Below are positions 9,281 to 16,444 of a DNA stretch of 24,000 nucleotides, piece by piece. Both the position numbers and the translations under genes were made by a program. The stretch is from positions 529,838 to 553,837 of the forward strand of contig NZ_JBHSCR010000003.1 of NCBI RefSeq assembly GCF_042651265.1. The letters are read 5' to 3'. The notes under the pieces are model-generated. The model saw only the letters and a list, made by a program, of their open reading frames with translations, did no database searches and had not been told where the DNA came from. The DNA comes from Kordiimonas lipolytica (GTDB lineage: Bacteria; Pseudomonadota; Alphaproteobacteria; Sphingomonadales; Kordiimonadaceae). How positions within the stretch are numbered: position 1 is the stretch's first letter; each line of letters opens with the position of its first letter.

Positions 9281-10189
9281 TCAGGGCGTGAACACGTCCA
9301 GGTCACTGGCGGAAATGATCGCGCCTTTGTATCCCGCGTCGCGGATTTCCTGCACCAGATCAGGGTCTGACGTGCCCCAGTAAAGCTGGTGCGTCAGCAC
9401 CAGAAGCTTGGGCTTGGCTTTGCCGGCGAGTTCAGCCAGCTCAGACGCCGATGTGTGGAAGCTTTTGTGATACTTCTGCCAGACGGGCTCGCGCCGGCGC
9501 CAGCCCGCGTCGGAATAGACCTCATGCACCAGAATGTCTGCGCCCCTTGCGGCTTCCAGCAGGCGGCCGCTCGGGCGCGCATCGCCGGATACCACTATGG
9601 TTTTTCCGCCCGCTTCGAACTTGAAGCCGTAAGCTTCATCCCAGCTGCCGTGTAGCACCGGGATCGCGCTGATTTTGATCGATGGCGTGTCGACAAGCAG
9701 CTTGTTCTGGCCAATCTCATGCACGGTCACCTTGAAGCCGTCAGGGTTGGCGGGCTCCAGCCCGTTCAGCCGCATCGCCACATCAACCGCATAAGCTTTC
9801 GACAGATGTGCCACCATATCTGCGCTGCCAGTGGGGCCATATAGCGTCAGCGCGTGGTCGCGCTCCAGCACCCAGGGCGTGAACATAAGGTCAGGCAGGC
9901 CAAGCGTATGGTCGGAATGCAGGTGGGTGATGAACACATGATCCAGGTTCGGCTGCGCCAGTTCCGGCACGCCTTTTTGCTGTGCTGCGGCGGCACGGCG
10001 CACAACGCCCGGGCCCGCATCCACCAGATAGGCTTTGCCCCCAAAGGTGACGGCAAGCGCAGGTCCTGACCGGGCCGGGTCCGCGTTCGGTGTACCGGTG
10101 CCCAGCATCACAAGCTTCATGGCGTCCTCAGAATAGGCGCTGGCGGTGAACAGGCTGATGGTCAGAATGAAAATGGCTATCCGGCGCAT
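9281..10189 (-). CDS. Secreted MBL-fold metallo-hydrolase
   Basis: Signal peptide MRRIAIFILTISLFTASAYS. ...LVMLGTGTPN... and the HxHxDH motif ...FITHLHSDHTLGL..., then ...VLTHQ..., are typical of the metallo-beta-lactamase / RNase Z-like fold. Confidence 0.8.
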   Translation of the reverse strand: MRRIAIFILTISLFTASAYSEDAMKLVMLGTGTPNADPARSGPALAVTFGGKAYLVDAGPGVVRRAAAAQQKGVPELAQPNLDHVFITHLHSDHTLGLPDLMFTPWVLERDHALTLYGPTGSADMVAHLSKAYAVDVAMRLNGLEPANPDGFKVTVHEIGQNKLLVDTPSIKISAIPVLHGSWDEAYGFKFEAGGKTIVVSGDARPSGRLLEAARGADILVHEVYSDAGWRRREPVWQKYHKSFHTSASELAELAGKAKPKLLVLTHQLYWGTSDPDLVQEIRDAGYKGAIISASDLDVFTP

Positions 10190-10270
10190 GAATGTCCCCG
10201 TTTGTTGCAGTGCCGGGAACTATGGCATGGATGCCGCGCGCGGGGGAGGGCTAATTGCCGGGAAGCAGGA

Positions 10271-10804
10271 TCAGGAAGAAAAGGGGTGGAACATGATGCC
10301 ATACAGGATCATGTCTACCGTATCGCCGTCCTTGGAAAGCGGCAGTGCCAGCACGGAATAATGGTGGAAGTTTTTGGGTGCCCATTTGGCCTGGATGTTG
10401 GTGGCATAATAGGGCTGCAGGTTATGGGTGAGCGTGACGGCCCGCTTGATCACGTCGTCTGAATTGGGGAATTGGCTCCAGGTTTTGCCCGTCAGGTCCA
10501 CGCCGCTGTCTTCGGCGATCTGGGTGCCGCACAGGCGGAACGTGAACTCAGGGCTGTGGCCTTTGGTGTCAACATCCACCAACGCGATATGAGGCAGCAG
10601 GCGGGTCAGCTCAAGGGGGCTGAAGTCCCCGCGGCAGGGAAGTTTCCCCAGGCTTGATTTCTTATCTATCCAGAACTGGTAAAGGGCCGCCAGCTCCGAC
10701 TGGCGGATTATGGCCTCGGCGTTATCCTCATAAAGAACGCCAGCGCTCGGCGCACCTGCGGAGCCGCCGGACACAAGGTCCCTCAAAATTGAAATGCCAG
10801 CCAT
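10271..10804 (-). CDS. PAS_5 (DUF1457-type) PAS-fold protein common in Alphaproteobacteria
   Basis: ...LYQFWIDKKSSLGKLPCRGDFSPLELTRLLPHIALVDV...FTFRLCGTQIAEDSGVDLTGKTW... matches the pattern I associate with the alphaproteobacterial PAS_5 family (LP.R.D..P..L..LLP...L.DV...F..RL.GT). Assignment is from memory of the family. Confidence 0.6.
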   Translation of the reverse strand: MAGISILRDLVSGGSAGAPSAGVLYEDNAEAIIRQSELAALYQFWIDKKSSLGKLPCRGDFSPLELTRLLPHIALVDVDTKGHSPEFTFRLCGTQIAEDSGVDLTGKTWSQFPNSDDVIKRAVTLTHNLQPYYATNIQAKWAPKNFHHYSVLALPLSKDGDTVDMILYGIMFHPFSS

Positions 10805-11038
10805 GGTGGCGCAACCTTTAAAAACTCGAAACTGGCTGCTGTTTACCTGAAAATACGATTTGGTTAAAGAAAATTTACCTAAAATTTGAAGGAAAAGTGC
10901 GGGTTACAGCTGGATTGTGGGGAACAAAGCACGAATGAGCAAGATTGTGTCGGCATACCCGCCAGCGCCGCAATTTACCGCGCTTTTCTTGCCTGCAAAG
11001 CGGTGGTCCGGCAACCGTGCCGCCGGACCATGTGGTTG

Positions 11039-11992
11039 TTATTGCGCCTGCTGCTGAGGCGGTGCCGCCTGTGCCGGGGCCTGTGCCTGGGCCTGCGCTT
11101 GCTGTTCCTGCGCCGGGCCGTTCTGGCTGGCGGTATAAGTGGACAGGAGCACCTTCAGTTGTCGGTCAACCTCCTGGGCAATCATGGTTCGGATGGTTTC
11201 GGCAAACTCCTGCGCCAGAATCTGATTGGTGGATAACTGCTGCCCCGGCATACTCGGTTGGCCCGGCATGCCAGGTTGGCCCGGCATGCCTTGCTGGCCC
11301 TGTGGGGCTGCGCCATACGCCATCTGTCCCTGCTGGTTCATGGGGTAGTTTCCTTTCTGCTGTTCGTAGGCGGCCTTGGTGGCGGCCATTTCCTGGGTGG
11401 CCGCGTCGCGGCGCTCTTTCACACCGTGGGCGATGGTGGCCCGTTGAAGCTCGAATGCCCGCCGGATTGAATTCTGCTGCGTGTCCGACGCCGCGATGAC
11501 ATCCATGGCCTGATTGACCACGTTGGTCTGGGCTGATGTATCCGGTGTGACGGAAGGTGGTTCCACATGCGGCACCTGATGTTGTGGTGGTGCGGCTGTC
11601 ATGCTTGGGTCCGGGATGGGCGCAGCCTGCGGGGGCATATGCGGGGGCGTTTGGGGTGCTGCCTGCGGAGCCGCGGCTTGCGGAGCAGCCTGAGGCGCTG
11701 GTTGTTCAGGCACCGCATTCACTGTTGGCTGCGGGGCGGCCTGCGTTTGCGGGGGCGCCACTGTCTGGGTTCCCGGCTGCGCGCCCTGCTGGGGCGCTGA
11801 AGCAGGTGCTGTCTGCGCGGGTGATGCCCCGGTTGCTGTGGTTGTTGTGGTTGCTGTGGTTGCTTCCGCCACCTCCGCTGCTGCTTCTGGTGCAGCTTCC
11901 GGTGCTGCCGTGTCTGGCGCGCTCTTTTTCCTGGCCGCGCCCTTGCCGGACGCGGATGTTTTGGCTGTTTTCTTGCTGGTTGCTTTGGTCAT
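11039..11992 (-). CDS. Hypothetical low-complexity protein: Lys-rich N-terminal head, A/P/Q/T-rich region, central helical segment, MPGQPG repeats, Q/A-rich tail
   Basis: GGAGG RBS 6 nt upstream of ATG 11992. It is co-oriented with, and 39 nt downstream of, the 12032..12724 gene. The non-repetitive core (...NVVNQAMDVIAASDTQQNSIRRAFELQRATIAHGVKERRDAATQEMAATKAAYEQQK... and ...ILAQEFAETIRTMIAQEVDRQLKVLLSTY...) argues that this strand is coding. I recognise no family. Confidence 0.6.
   Translation of the reverse strand: MTKATSKKTAKTSASGKGAARKKSAPDTAAPEAAPEAAAEVAEATTATTTTTATGASPAQTAPASAPQQGAQPGTQTVAPPQTQAAPQPTVNAVPEQPAPQAAPQAAAPQAAPQTPPHMPPQAAPIPDPSMTAAPPQHQVPHVEPPSVTPDTSAQTNVVNQAMDVIAASDTQQNSIRRAFELQRATIAHGVKERRDAATQEMAATKAAYEQQKGNYPMNQQGQMAYGAAPQGQQGMPGQPGMPGQPSMPGQQLSTNQILAQEFAETIRTMIAQEVDRQLKVLLSTYTASQNGPAQEQQAQAQAQAPAQAAPPQQQAQ
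11256..11291 (-). repeat. 18-bp in-frame tandem repeat x2 (GGTTGGCCCGGCATGCCA / GGTTGGCCCGGCATGCCT) with a degenerate third unit upstream
   Basis: Read directly from the sequence. It encodes the (M)PGQPGMPGQPSMPGQ repeats of the 11039..11992 protein. Confidence 0.7.
11831..11866 (-). repeat. 9-bp in-frame tandem repeat x4 (GGTTGCTGT GGTTGTTGT GGTTGCTGT GGTTGCTTC on + strand) encoding a Thr/Ala run
   Basis: Read directly from the sequence. It lies inside the 11039..11992 CDS and encodes the ATTATTTTTAT segment. Confidence 0.7.
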
Positions 11993-12031
11993 GATTGCCT
12001 CCGCTTGCGCCCCATGGCCCGGGGCGCAGAG

Positions 12032-12724
12032 TTAGCTTTTCTTCTTCGGGGCCGCTTTGCTGGCTCTGGCCTTTTTGCCTGCCCCCTCCTTTGAGCTTGT
12101 GCCCGTGGATGACCGGGGCGAAAGCTCTGCCGTTCGGACAGAGGCTGTGGCGGTCTCTTCGGCTTCTTTCAGGACTTCTTCTTCCTCTTTGCGGACCTCT
12201 TTTTCTTCTTCCCGGACGGCTTCTTCTTCCGCTTTCACTGCTCCTTCCGCTTGCGCAGCGGCGCGGGCTTCCTGTTCTTCAAGAGCACGGGAATAGAGCT
12301 CAACGTCTTCTTCATAGCGACGGACATTTTCTTCAAAGCGGCGCACATTTTCCTGTTCGCGGGTGGCTTCCTCGGCCACGGCTTCGGCAGCTCTGTCGCT
12401 CTCGCAGTCTGCGTGGTCGGCCCGCATCAAGCTGGCCTGATAGGCAAGGGTTTCTTCCTGAAGGCGCTCTGCTTCGGCCTGGACAGCCAGATACGACAAA
12501 TTCTGACGTTCCACATAGCAGCTATAATTCAGGACTTGCTCTTCCTCCGCACGTGCTTGCGCCTCAACCGCTTCGGCATCCCGGTAATAGCCCGGATCGT
12601 CCCAATAGGAATTGCAGCCTGCACTTGAAGAGCCGTCATTGTTGGCATCGGTGTTGGAACTGCCCGAGGAAGTGACGACGACTGTCAGGTCTTCCTCAAT
12701 TTCAACTGTCTCGCGTTCATTCAT
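12032..12724 (-). CDS. Hypothetical highly acidic coiled-coil protein with Lys-rich C-terminal tail
   Basis: AGGAAG RBS upstream of ATG 12724. 230 aa with long E/A/R-rich heptad-like stretches (...REQENVRRFEENVRRYEEDVELYSRALEEQEARAAAQAEGAVKAEEEAVREEEKEVRKEEEEVLKEAEE...), four Cys in the N-terminal half, and the tail ...GAGKKARASKAAPKKKS. It is preceded by a TCAC-N16-CGTC motif. I recognise no family. Confidence 0.6.
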   Translation of the reverse strand: MNERETVEIEEDLTVVVTSSGSSNTDANNDGSSSAGCNSYWDDPGYYRDAEAVEAQARAEEEQVLNYSCYVERQNLSYLAVQAEAERLQEETLAYQASLMRADHADCESDRAAEAVAEEATREQENVRRFEENVRRYEEDVELYSRALEEQEARAAAQAEGAVKAEEEAVREEEKEVRKEEEEVLKEAEETATASVRTAELSPRSSTGTSSKEGAGKKARASKAAPKKKS

Positions 12725-12849
12725 GGCGTTGCTTCCTGATTGACGGCAAACGGGGGGATTGCCTGCGTAAATAGTCGCGACCAGTGACGGAAATAGCGGA
12801 GCCCCGTAGTTGACCCGCCATGAAACAAAGGCCGCTCTCCGATCGTCTG

Positions 12850-12873
12850 GACGGAAGAGCAGCCCCTCTGTGA
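12850..12873 (-). promoter_or_regulatory. ECF-like promoter motif copy P8: TCACAGAGGGGCTGCTCTTCCGTC (minus strand)
   Basis: Same TCAC-N16-CGTC geometry as the seven plus-strand copies. It lies in the 167-bp gap upstream of the 12032..12724 gene, about 125 nt before its ATG. Confidence 0.5.
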
Positions 12874-12891
12874 AAAAGAAATTTGGAAGAT

Positions 12892-13179
12892 CTAGCTGCC
12901 GCCGCTATCCGAACCGGTGTCGGATCCCGTGGGCGGTGTGTTGCTCTTGATGATCTCAATCGTCTTGTCGATCATGGTCTGCTGCAGCTTTTTCATGTCC
13001 ATGGTGACATCGGGCGGCACCACATTCTGCTTCAGCAGTTTCTGGATCTCGGCGTCCGCTGCCTCGACGAAATCGACAATGCTTTTCTGAATGGCGGCCT
13101 CGACTTCCGCGGTGCCCTTGAGGCCTTCATCGATCATTTTCGCGATATCCTCGGGGCTTGGGCTTTCGCTGTCTGCCAT
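12892..13179 (-). CDS. Hypothetical small acidic protein (95 aa)
   Basis: Strong AAGGAGG RBS upstream of ATG 13179. Helical acidic sequence with a Ser/Gly/Thr/Asp tail (...TPPTGSDTGSDSGGS). It is divergent from the reb array. I recognise no family. Confidence 0.6.
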   Translation of the reverse strand: MADSESPSPEDIAKMIDEGLKGTAEVEAAIQKSIVDFVEAADAEIQKLLKQNVVPPDVTMDMKKLQQTMIDKTIEIIKSNTPPTGSDTGSDSGGS

Positions 13180-13316
13180 GGTGGCCTCCTTTCGCTGGGT
13201 GATTTGACCTAAGACGCAGCGGCGGCGGAATTGGGAAGTGAAATCACGGTTTTTTGCCGAAAAGGGCTGAAAGACGTGCTATAAGTGTATTATCAATATC
13301 AATAGGAGAATATTCT

Positions 13317-13814
13317 ATGGTTGATAAAAAGTCTGCCAACCAAACCCCATCCGGGGAACCACAAGACCAGCCAGAAGACCATGTCGATGCCCTGTCACAG
13401 GAAATCGCCAAGCTTTTGTCCAGTCTTGTGGGTACAGTCAAGTCCGCCTCCGGTGACGGGGAGGGCAAAGCTGGCCAGGAAGCGCTCTATGTGGTTATAG
13501 AGCTCATTCAGGCGCTTTTGAATGACATCAAGGCGCATGAAAAACCAACGCTTGCTGACCGCATCCTTACAGTGATTGCGGAATGGAAGCTGGTTATGGC
13601 CGCGGGGAACACCCTCGATATGTCAACTGTCTACAGCCAGTCCGAGCACTTGATGAAGAAGCTCGATAGCGTGGCTGAAGGAGCAACCAAAGCGGGCATT
13701 GTTGATATCTATGCCTATGGTGGCACAGCTGCCGAAAACGCGATGGCGGTGCTGATGGAAACAGTCCATCTGAAGCCTAAACCCATCGTGGTTCCGAAAA
13801 CAGAAGCCCACTAA
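13317..13814 (+). CDS. Hypothetical protein (166 aa), first plus-strand gene of the reb region
   Basis: AGGAGA RBS upstream of ATG 13317; the track ORF starts earlier, at 13254. Acidic N-terminus followed by a helical body. A hairpin AAGGGGG-N20-CCCCCTT plus TTTC follows the stop (13829-13864). I recognise no family. Confidence 0.6.
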   Translation: MVDKKSANQTPSGEPQDQPEDHVDALSQEIAKLLSSLVGTVKSASGDGEGKAGQEALYVVIELIQALLNDIKAHEKPTLADRILTVIAEWKLVMAAGNTLDMSTVYSQSEHLMKKLDSVAEGATKAGIVDIYAYGGTAAENAMAVLMETVHLKPKPIVVPKTEAH

Positions 13815-13945
13815 AAGCGGGTAATGGCAAGGGGGTTTATGGTTGGCGGACGAGGCCCCCTTTTCATAGAATAGTCTTTTGGTCATGCATGCGGGCCTCA
13901 AAGGCACGCAACACCAGCTAAAAGCTTGGCATCATTTTTATTTTC

Positions 13946-13969
13946 TCACAAACCTGAGGTTGGGTCGTC
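13946..13969 (+). promoter_or_regulatory. ECF-like promoter motif copy P1: TCACAAACCTGAGGTTGGGTCGTC
   Basis: TCAC-N16-CGTC, 76 nt upstream of the ATG of rebB paralog 1. Confidence 0.55.
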
Positions 13970-14045
13970 GTATGCGGGAGACGTATTCGTGCCCCTGCCG
14001 GGGTGCCTGGTCTCACCCCAATTTAGTTTTTGAAGGAGAAAAGAC

Positions 14046-14375
14046 ATGGCAATGCCAACCGCGGTGAACAGCCAAATCACAGATTCAGTGTCACAGGCAA
14101 ATGTGGAAGTATTGGGCAGTTCGCCTGCGATGGGGATGGGGGCGATGTATCAATCGCTTGGCCATTCGACGGGAATCCTGTTTGAAAACAGTGTAGGCGC
14201 CCAACAGCAACTGGCGATCGCCGCTCAGTCTGCTGCCAACCAGGGTGTGATCCAGATCTACAGCGTTAATACCATGGCCGGTGCGACCGCCGCGGCCAAG
14301 ATCGCCAACAGCGACACGTCTGAGACCATGATGTCTCTGATGACAGCGCTCAAAGGTGTCGAAAGCGTCAGCTAA
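14046..14375 (+). CDS. rebB: RebB-family R-body protein, paralog 1 (109 aa)
   Basis: MAMPTAVNSQITDSVSQANVEVLGSSPAMGMGAMYQSLGHSTGILFENSVGAQQQLAIAAQSAANQGVIQIYS... carries the VNSQITD.VTQ.NVKVLG..PA.A.G..YQ signature of the RebB / 'killing trait' family (Caedibacter R-body subunits). AAGGAGA RBS. Confidence 0.85.
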   Translation: MAMPTAVNSQITDSVSQANVEVLGSSPAMGMGAMYQSLGHSTGILFENSVGAQQQLAIAAQSAANQGVIQIYSVNTMAGATAAAKIANSDTSETMMSLMTALKGVESVS

Positions 14376-14456
14376 CCTTCCCCCGCCTTGGCGGTAGGCG
14401 GGCTCCTTTTCTTATCTTGGAAGGTCATAGGCACTGGGTTTGAGACTTGAGAACCA

Positions 14457-14489
14457 CTGGCGGCGCATTGCGTCGCCAGTTTTCGTTTT
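14457..14489 (+). terminator. Intrinsic terminator after rebB paralog 1
   Basis: CTGGCGGCG-cattg-CGTCGCCAG (one mismatch) followed by TTTTCGTTTT. A weaker CCCGCC...GGCGGG hairpin plus a T-rich run lies at 14382-14412. Confidence 0.65.
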
Positions 14490-14541
14490 GGCCCGATGCG
14501 AACCGCTAATGCCCTCATTGAGAAAAAACAAACACGCCATG

Positions 14542-14565
14542 TCACAAAATTTTACGTGCGGCGTC
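14542..14565 (+). promoter_or_regulatory. ECF-like promoter motif copy P2: TCACAAAATTTTACGTGCGGCGTC
   Basis: TCAC-N16-CGTC, 78 nt upstream of ATG 14644. Confidence 0.55.
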
Positions 14566-14643
14566 TAAAGCCTGAAAGCGATGTCGGCAAGCGGATGGTA
14601 CGCTGCCAAGGCGCGTAACAAGGATCAGGTCAGGAGACAGGTC

Positions 14644-14970
14644 ATGGCGTATCCAACACTCGTAAACGATCAGATTACCGATGCAGTCACGCAGTCCAAT
14701 GTGAAAGTGCTGGGCGACGCGCCGGCAATGGCGATGGGCTCGATTTTCCAGTCGGCCGCGCACTCAACGGGCATCCTTTATGAAAATGCAGTAGGCAGCC
14801 AGCAGCAACTGGCAATCGCCGCGCAGGCCGCGACGAACCAGGGTGTTATCCAGATATATAGCGTCGACACGATGGCTGGTGCGGTGGGAACCTCGAAAAT
14901 CGCCAACAGCGACACTGCAGGCACCATGATGTCACTGGTAATGGCCCTGAAAGCCGGCCAGACGGCATAG
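14644..14970 (+). CDS. rebB: RebB-family R-body protein, paralog 2 (108 aa)
   Basis: MAYPTLVNDQITDAVTQSNVKVLGDAPAMAMGSIFQSAAHSTGILYENAVGSQQQLAIAAQAATNQGVIQIYSVDTMAG.... AGGAGA RBS upstream of ATG 14644; the track ORF starts at 14581. Confidence 0.85.
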   Translation: MAYPTLVNDQITDAVTQSNVKVLGDAPAMAMGSIFQSAAHSTGILYENAVGSQQQLAIAAQAATNQGVIQIYSVDTMAGAVGTSKIANSDTAGTMMSLVMALKAGQTA

Positions 14971-15173
14971 GGCTTCACGCTGCCATAAAAGCTGCCCACA
15001 GGGGGCGCCAACACTTTGCCTCGATACTCGGATGCGTCCCCCATCAAGCGCCATGCGCGGACCGAACCCAACCAGCCTTTCCCCCAGGCAGCAGTGGTTC
15101 CGTGCATGGCGCTTCCTCTTTTCCGGTCGCGTAAGGCGCACCTGATTTTTCCTGTTTTTTTTCGTTTCAAACC

Positions 15174-15197
15174 TCACAAACACGGCGGCTTTGCGTC
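15174..15197 (+). promoter_or_regulatory. ECF-like promoter motif copy P3: TCACAAACACGGCGGCTTTGCGTC
   Basis: TCAC-N16-CGTC, 82 nt upstream of ATG 15280. It is preceded by a long T-rich tract (15146-15168) that probably ends the previous transcript. Confidence 0.55.
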
Positions 15198-15279
15198 GTT
15201 ACCGCGAGTGCCGCGTGGCTGATATGAAAGCCAGATGCGCAAGCTCACTTGGTATATAGGCTCACAAGGAGAACTCGAT

Positions 15280-15606
15280 ATGGCTATGCCAACCCCCGTA
15301 AACGGTCAAATTACTGACGCTGTTACCCAGGCTAACGTCAAAGTGCTTGGTGATGCGCCAGCAATGGCGATGGGCTCGATCTTCCAGTCGCTGGCTCACT
15401 CCACCGGTATTCTTTATGAGAATGCTGTTGGGTCCCAGCAGCAACTGGCGATCGCATCGCAGGCTGCGACCAACCAGGGCGTGATCCAGATTTACAGCAT
15501 CGACACGATGGCTGGTGCGGTTGCGACCAACAAAATCGCCAACAGCGACACGGCAGACACGATGATGTCGCTGGTGATGGCACTGAAGGCCGGCCAGACT
15601 GCATAA
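15280..15606 (+). CDS. rebB: RebB-family R-body protein, paralog 3 (108 aa)
   Basis: MAMPTPVNGQITDAVTQANVKVLGDAPAMAMGSIFQSLAHSTGILYENAVGSQQQLAIASQAATNQGVIQIYSIDTMAG.... AGGAGA RBS upstream of ATG 15280; the track ORF starts at 15235. Confidence 0.85.
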   Translation: MAMPTPVNGQITDAVTQANVKVLGDAPAMAMGSIFQSLAHSTGILYENAVGSQQQLAIASQAATNQGVIQIYSIDTMAGAVATNKIANSDTADTMMSLVMALKAGQTA

Positions 15607-15621
15607 TCTGGTTGTGCCAAG

Positions 15622-15668
15622 AAAACTGGGGTTGCGCGGGCTTCGGCCGCTGCGCAGCCCCATTTTTA
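15622..15668 (+). terminator. Intrinsic terminator after rebB paralog 3
   Basis: GGGGTTGCGCGG-gcttcg-GCCGCTGCGCAGCCCC stem (with G-U and minor mismatch) followed by ATTTTTAT. Confidence 0.65.
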
Positions 15669-15716
15669 TGCGGATTTGATTTTCTTTATTTTTTGTCCCG
15701 AGATCGATTTTTTGGA

Positions 15717-15740
15717 TCACAAACCAGGCGCCATCGCGTC
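15717..15740 (+). promoter_or_regulatory. ECF-like promoter motif copy P4: TCACAAACCAGGCGCCATCGCGTC
   Basis: TCAC-N16-CGTC, 76 nt upstream of ATG 15817. Confidence 0.55.
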
Positions 15741-15816
15741 CATTAGGTAAGCAAGGCGGCGGCTTGCTGAACCGAATGAAGTCAGAAAAAAGAGAGCAAC
15801 TCGAAGGAGAGAAACT

Positions 15817-16146
15817 ATGGCTATGCCAACCCCCGTGAACGGCCAAATTACTGACGCAGTAACCCAAGCGAACGTCAAGGTGCTCGGTGATGCACCAGCC
15901 ATGGCGATGGGTTCCATCTTCCAGTCCCTGGCACACTCCACAGGCATCCTGTATGAAAACGCAGTTGGGTCCCAGCAGCAGCTGGCAGTAGCGGCCCAGG
16001 CATCCACCAACCAGGGTGTTATCCAGATTTACAGCATCGATACGATGGCTGGCGCTGTGGGCACTTCCAAGATCGCCAACAGCGACACGGCCAGCACAAT
16101 GATGTCTCTTGTGACAGCGCTGAAGGCTGGTCAGGGCGTTTCCTAA
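15817..16146 (+). CDS. rebB: RebB-family R-body protein, paralog 4 (109 aa)
   Basis: The first 57 residues are identical to paralog 3 (MAMPTPVNGQITDAVTQANVKVLGDAPAMAMGSIFQSLAHSTGILYENAVGSQQQLA...). AAGGAGAG RBS. Confidence 0.85.
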   Translation: MAMPTPVNGQITDAVTQANVKVLGDAPAMAMGSIFQSLAHSTGILYENAVGSQQQLAVAAQASTNQGVIQIYSIDTMAGAVGTSKIANSDTASTMMSLVTALKAGQGVS

Positions 16147-16322
16147 GCCCGGTGTGGCGCACGGGTCTTCGTGAAGTTGTCGCCCGCATGAGAAGAAACA
16201 ACCGGCTGGTGCGCCACCGGATATCAAAGTTCCGAGTTCCCCTGAGGCCCTGTCGAGCAATTGCCCGGCAGGGCTTTTTGCAGGGGTTGCCTGGCCTCGT
16301 CGGATTTTTTTCACTTTTCTGT

Positions 16323-16346
16323 TCACATCGGTGATCCGCCCGCGTC
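16323..16346 (+). promoter_or_regulatory. ECF-like promoter motif copy P5: TCACATCGGTGATCCGCCCGCGTC
   Basis: TCAC-N16-CGTC, 98 nt upstream of ATG 16445, at the head of the tightly spaced distal reb genes. Confidence 0.5.
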
Positions 16347-16444
16347 CAAACCCCAGAAGGATAAAAACTGTTTGGCGGCCTTCGGGTTTCCAGGTCAGTT
16401 CAGTGAGGTGCGTCACGAAAACCCCGTTTGGCAGGAGCGAAACA

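Noticed and set aside
10886-12675. Plus-strand ORFs (116-226 aa) opposite the P/Q-rich and acidic genes
   Set aside because: Low-complexity coding regions are open on both strands. The minus-strand frames have strong RBSs (GGAGG, AGGAAG), operon-like spacing and non-repetitive helical cores. The plus-strand translations are Leu/Pro/Arg/Trp-rich junk.
13195-13245. TCAC...GCGTC on the minus strand upstream of the 95-aa gene (TTTCACTTCCCAATTCCGCCGCCGCTGCGTC)
   Set aside because: The spacer between TCAC and CGTC is 21 nt instead of the invariant 16 nt seen in the eight accepted copies, so I do not count it as a motif copy. The promoter of this gene, and of the divergent 13317 gene, remains unassigned.
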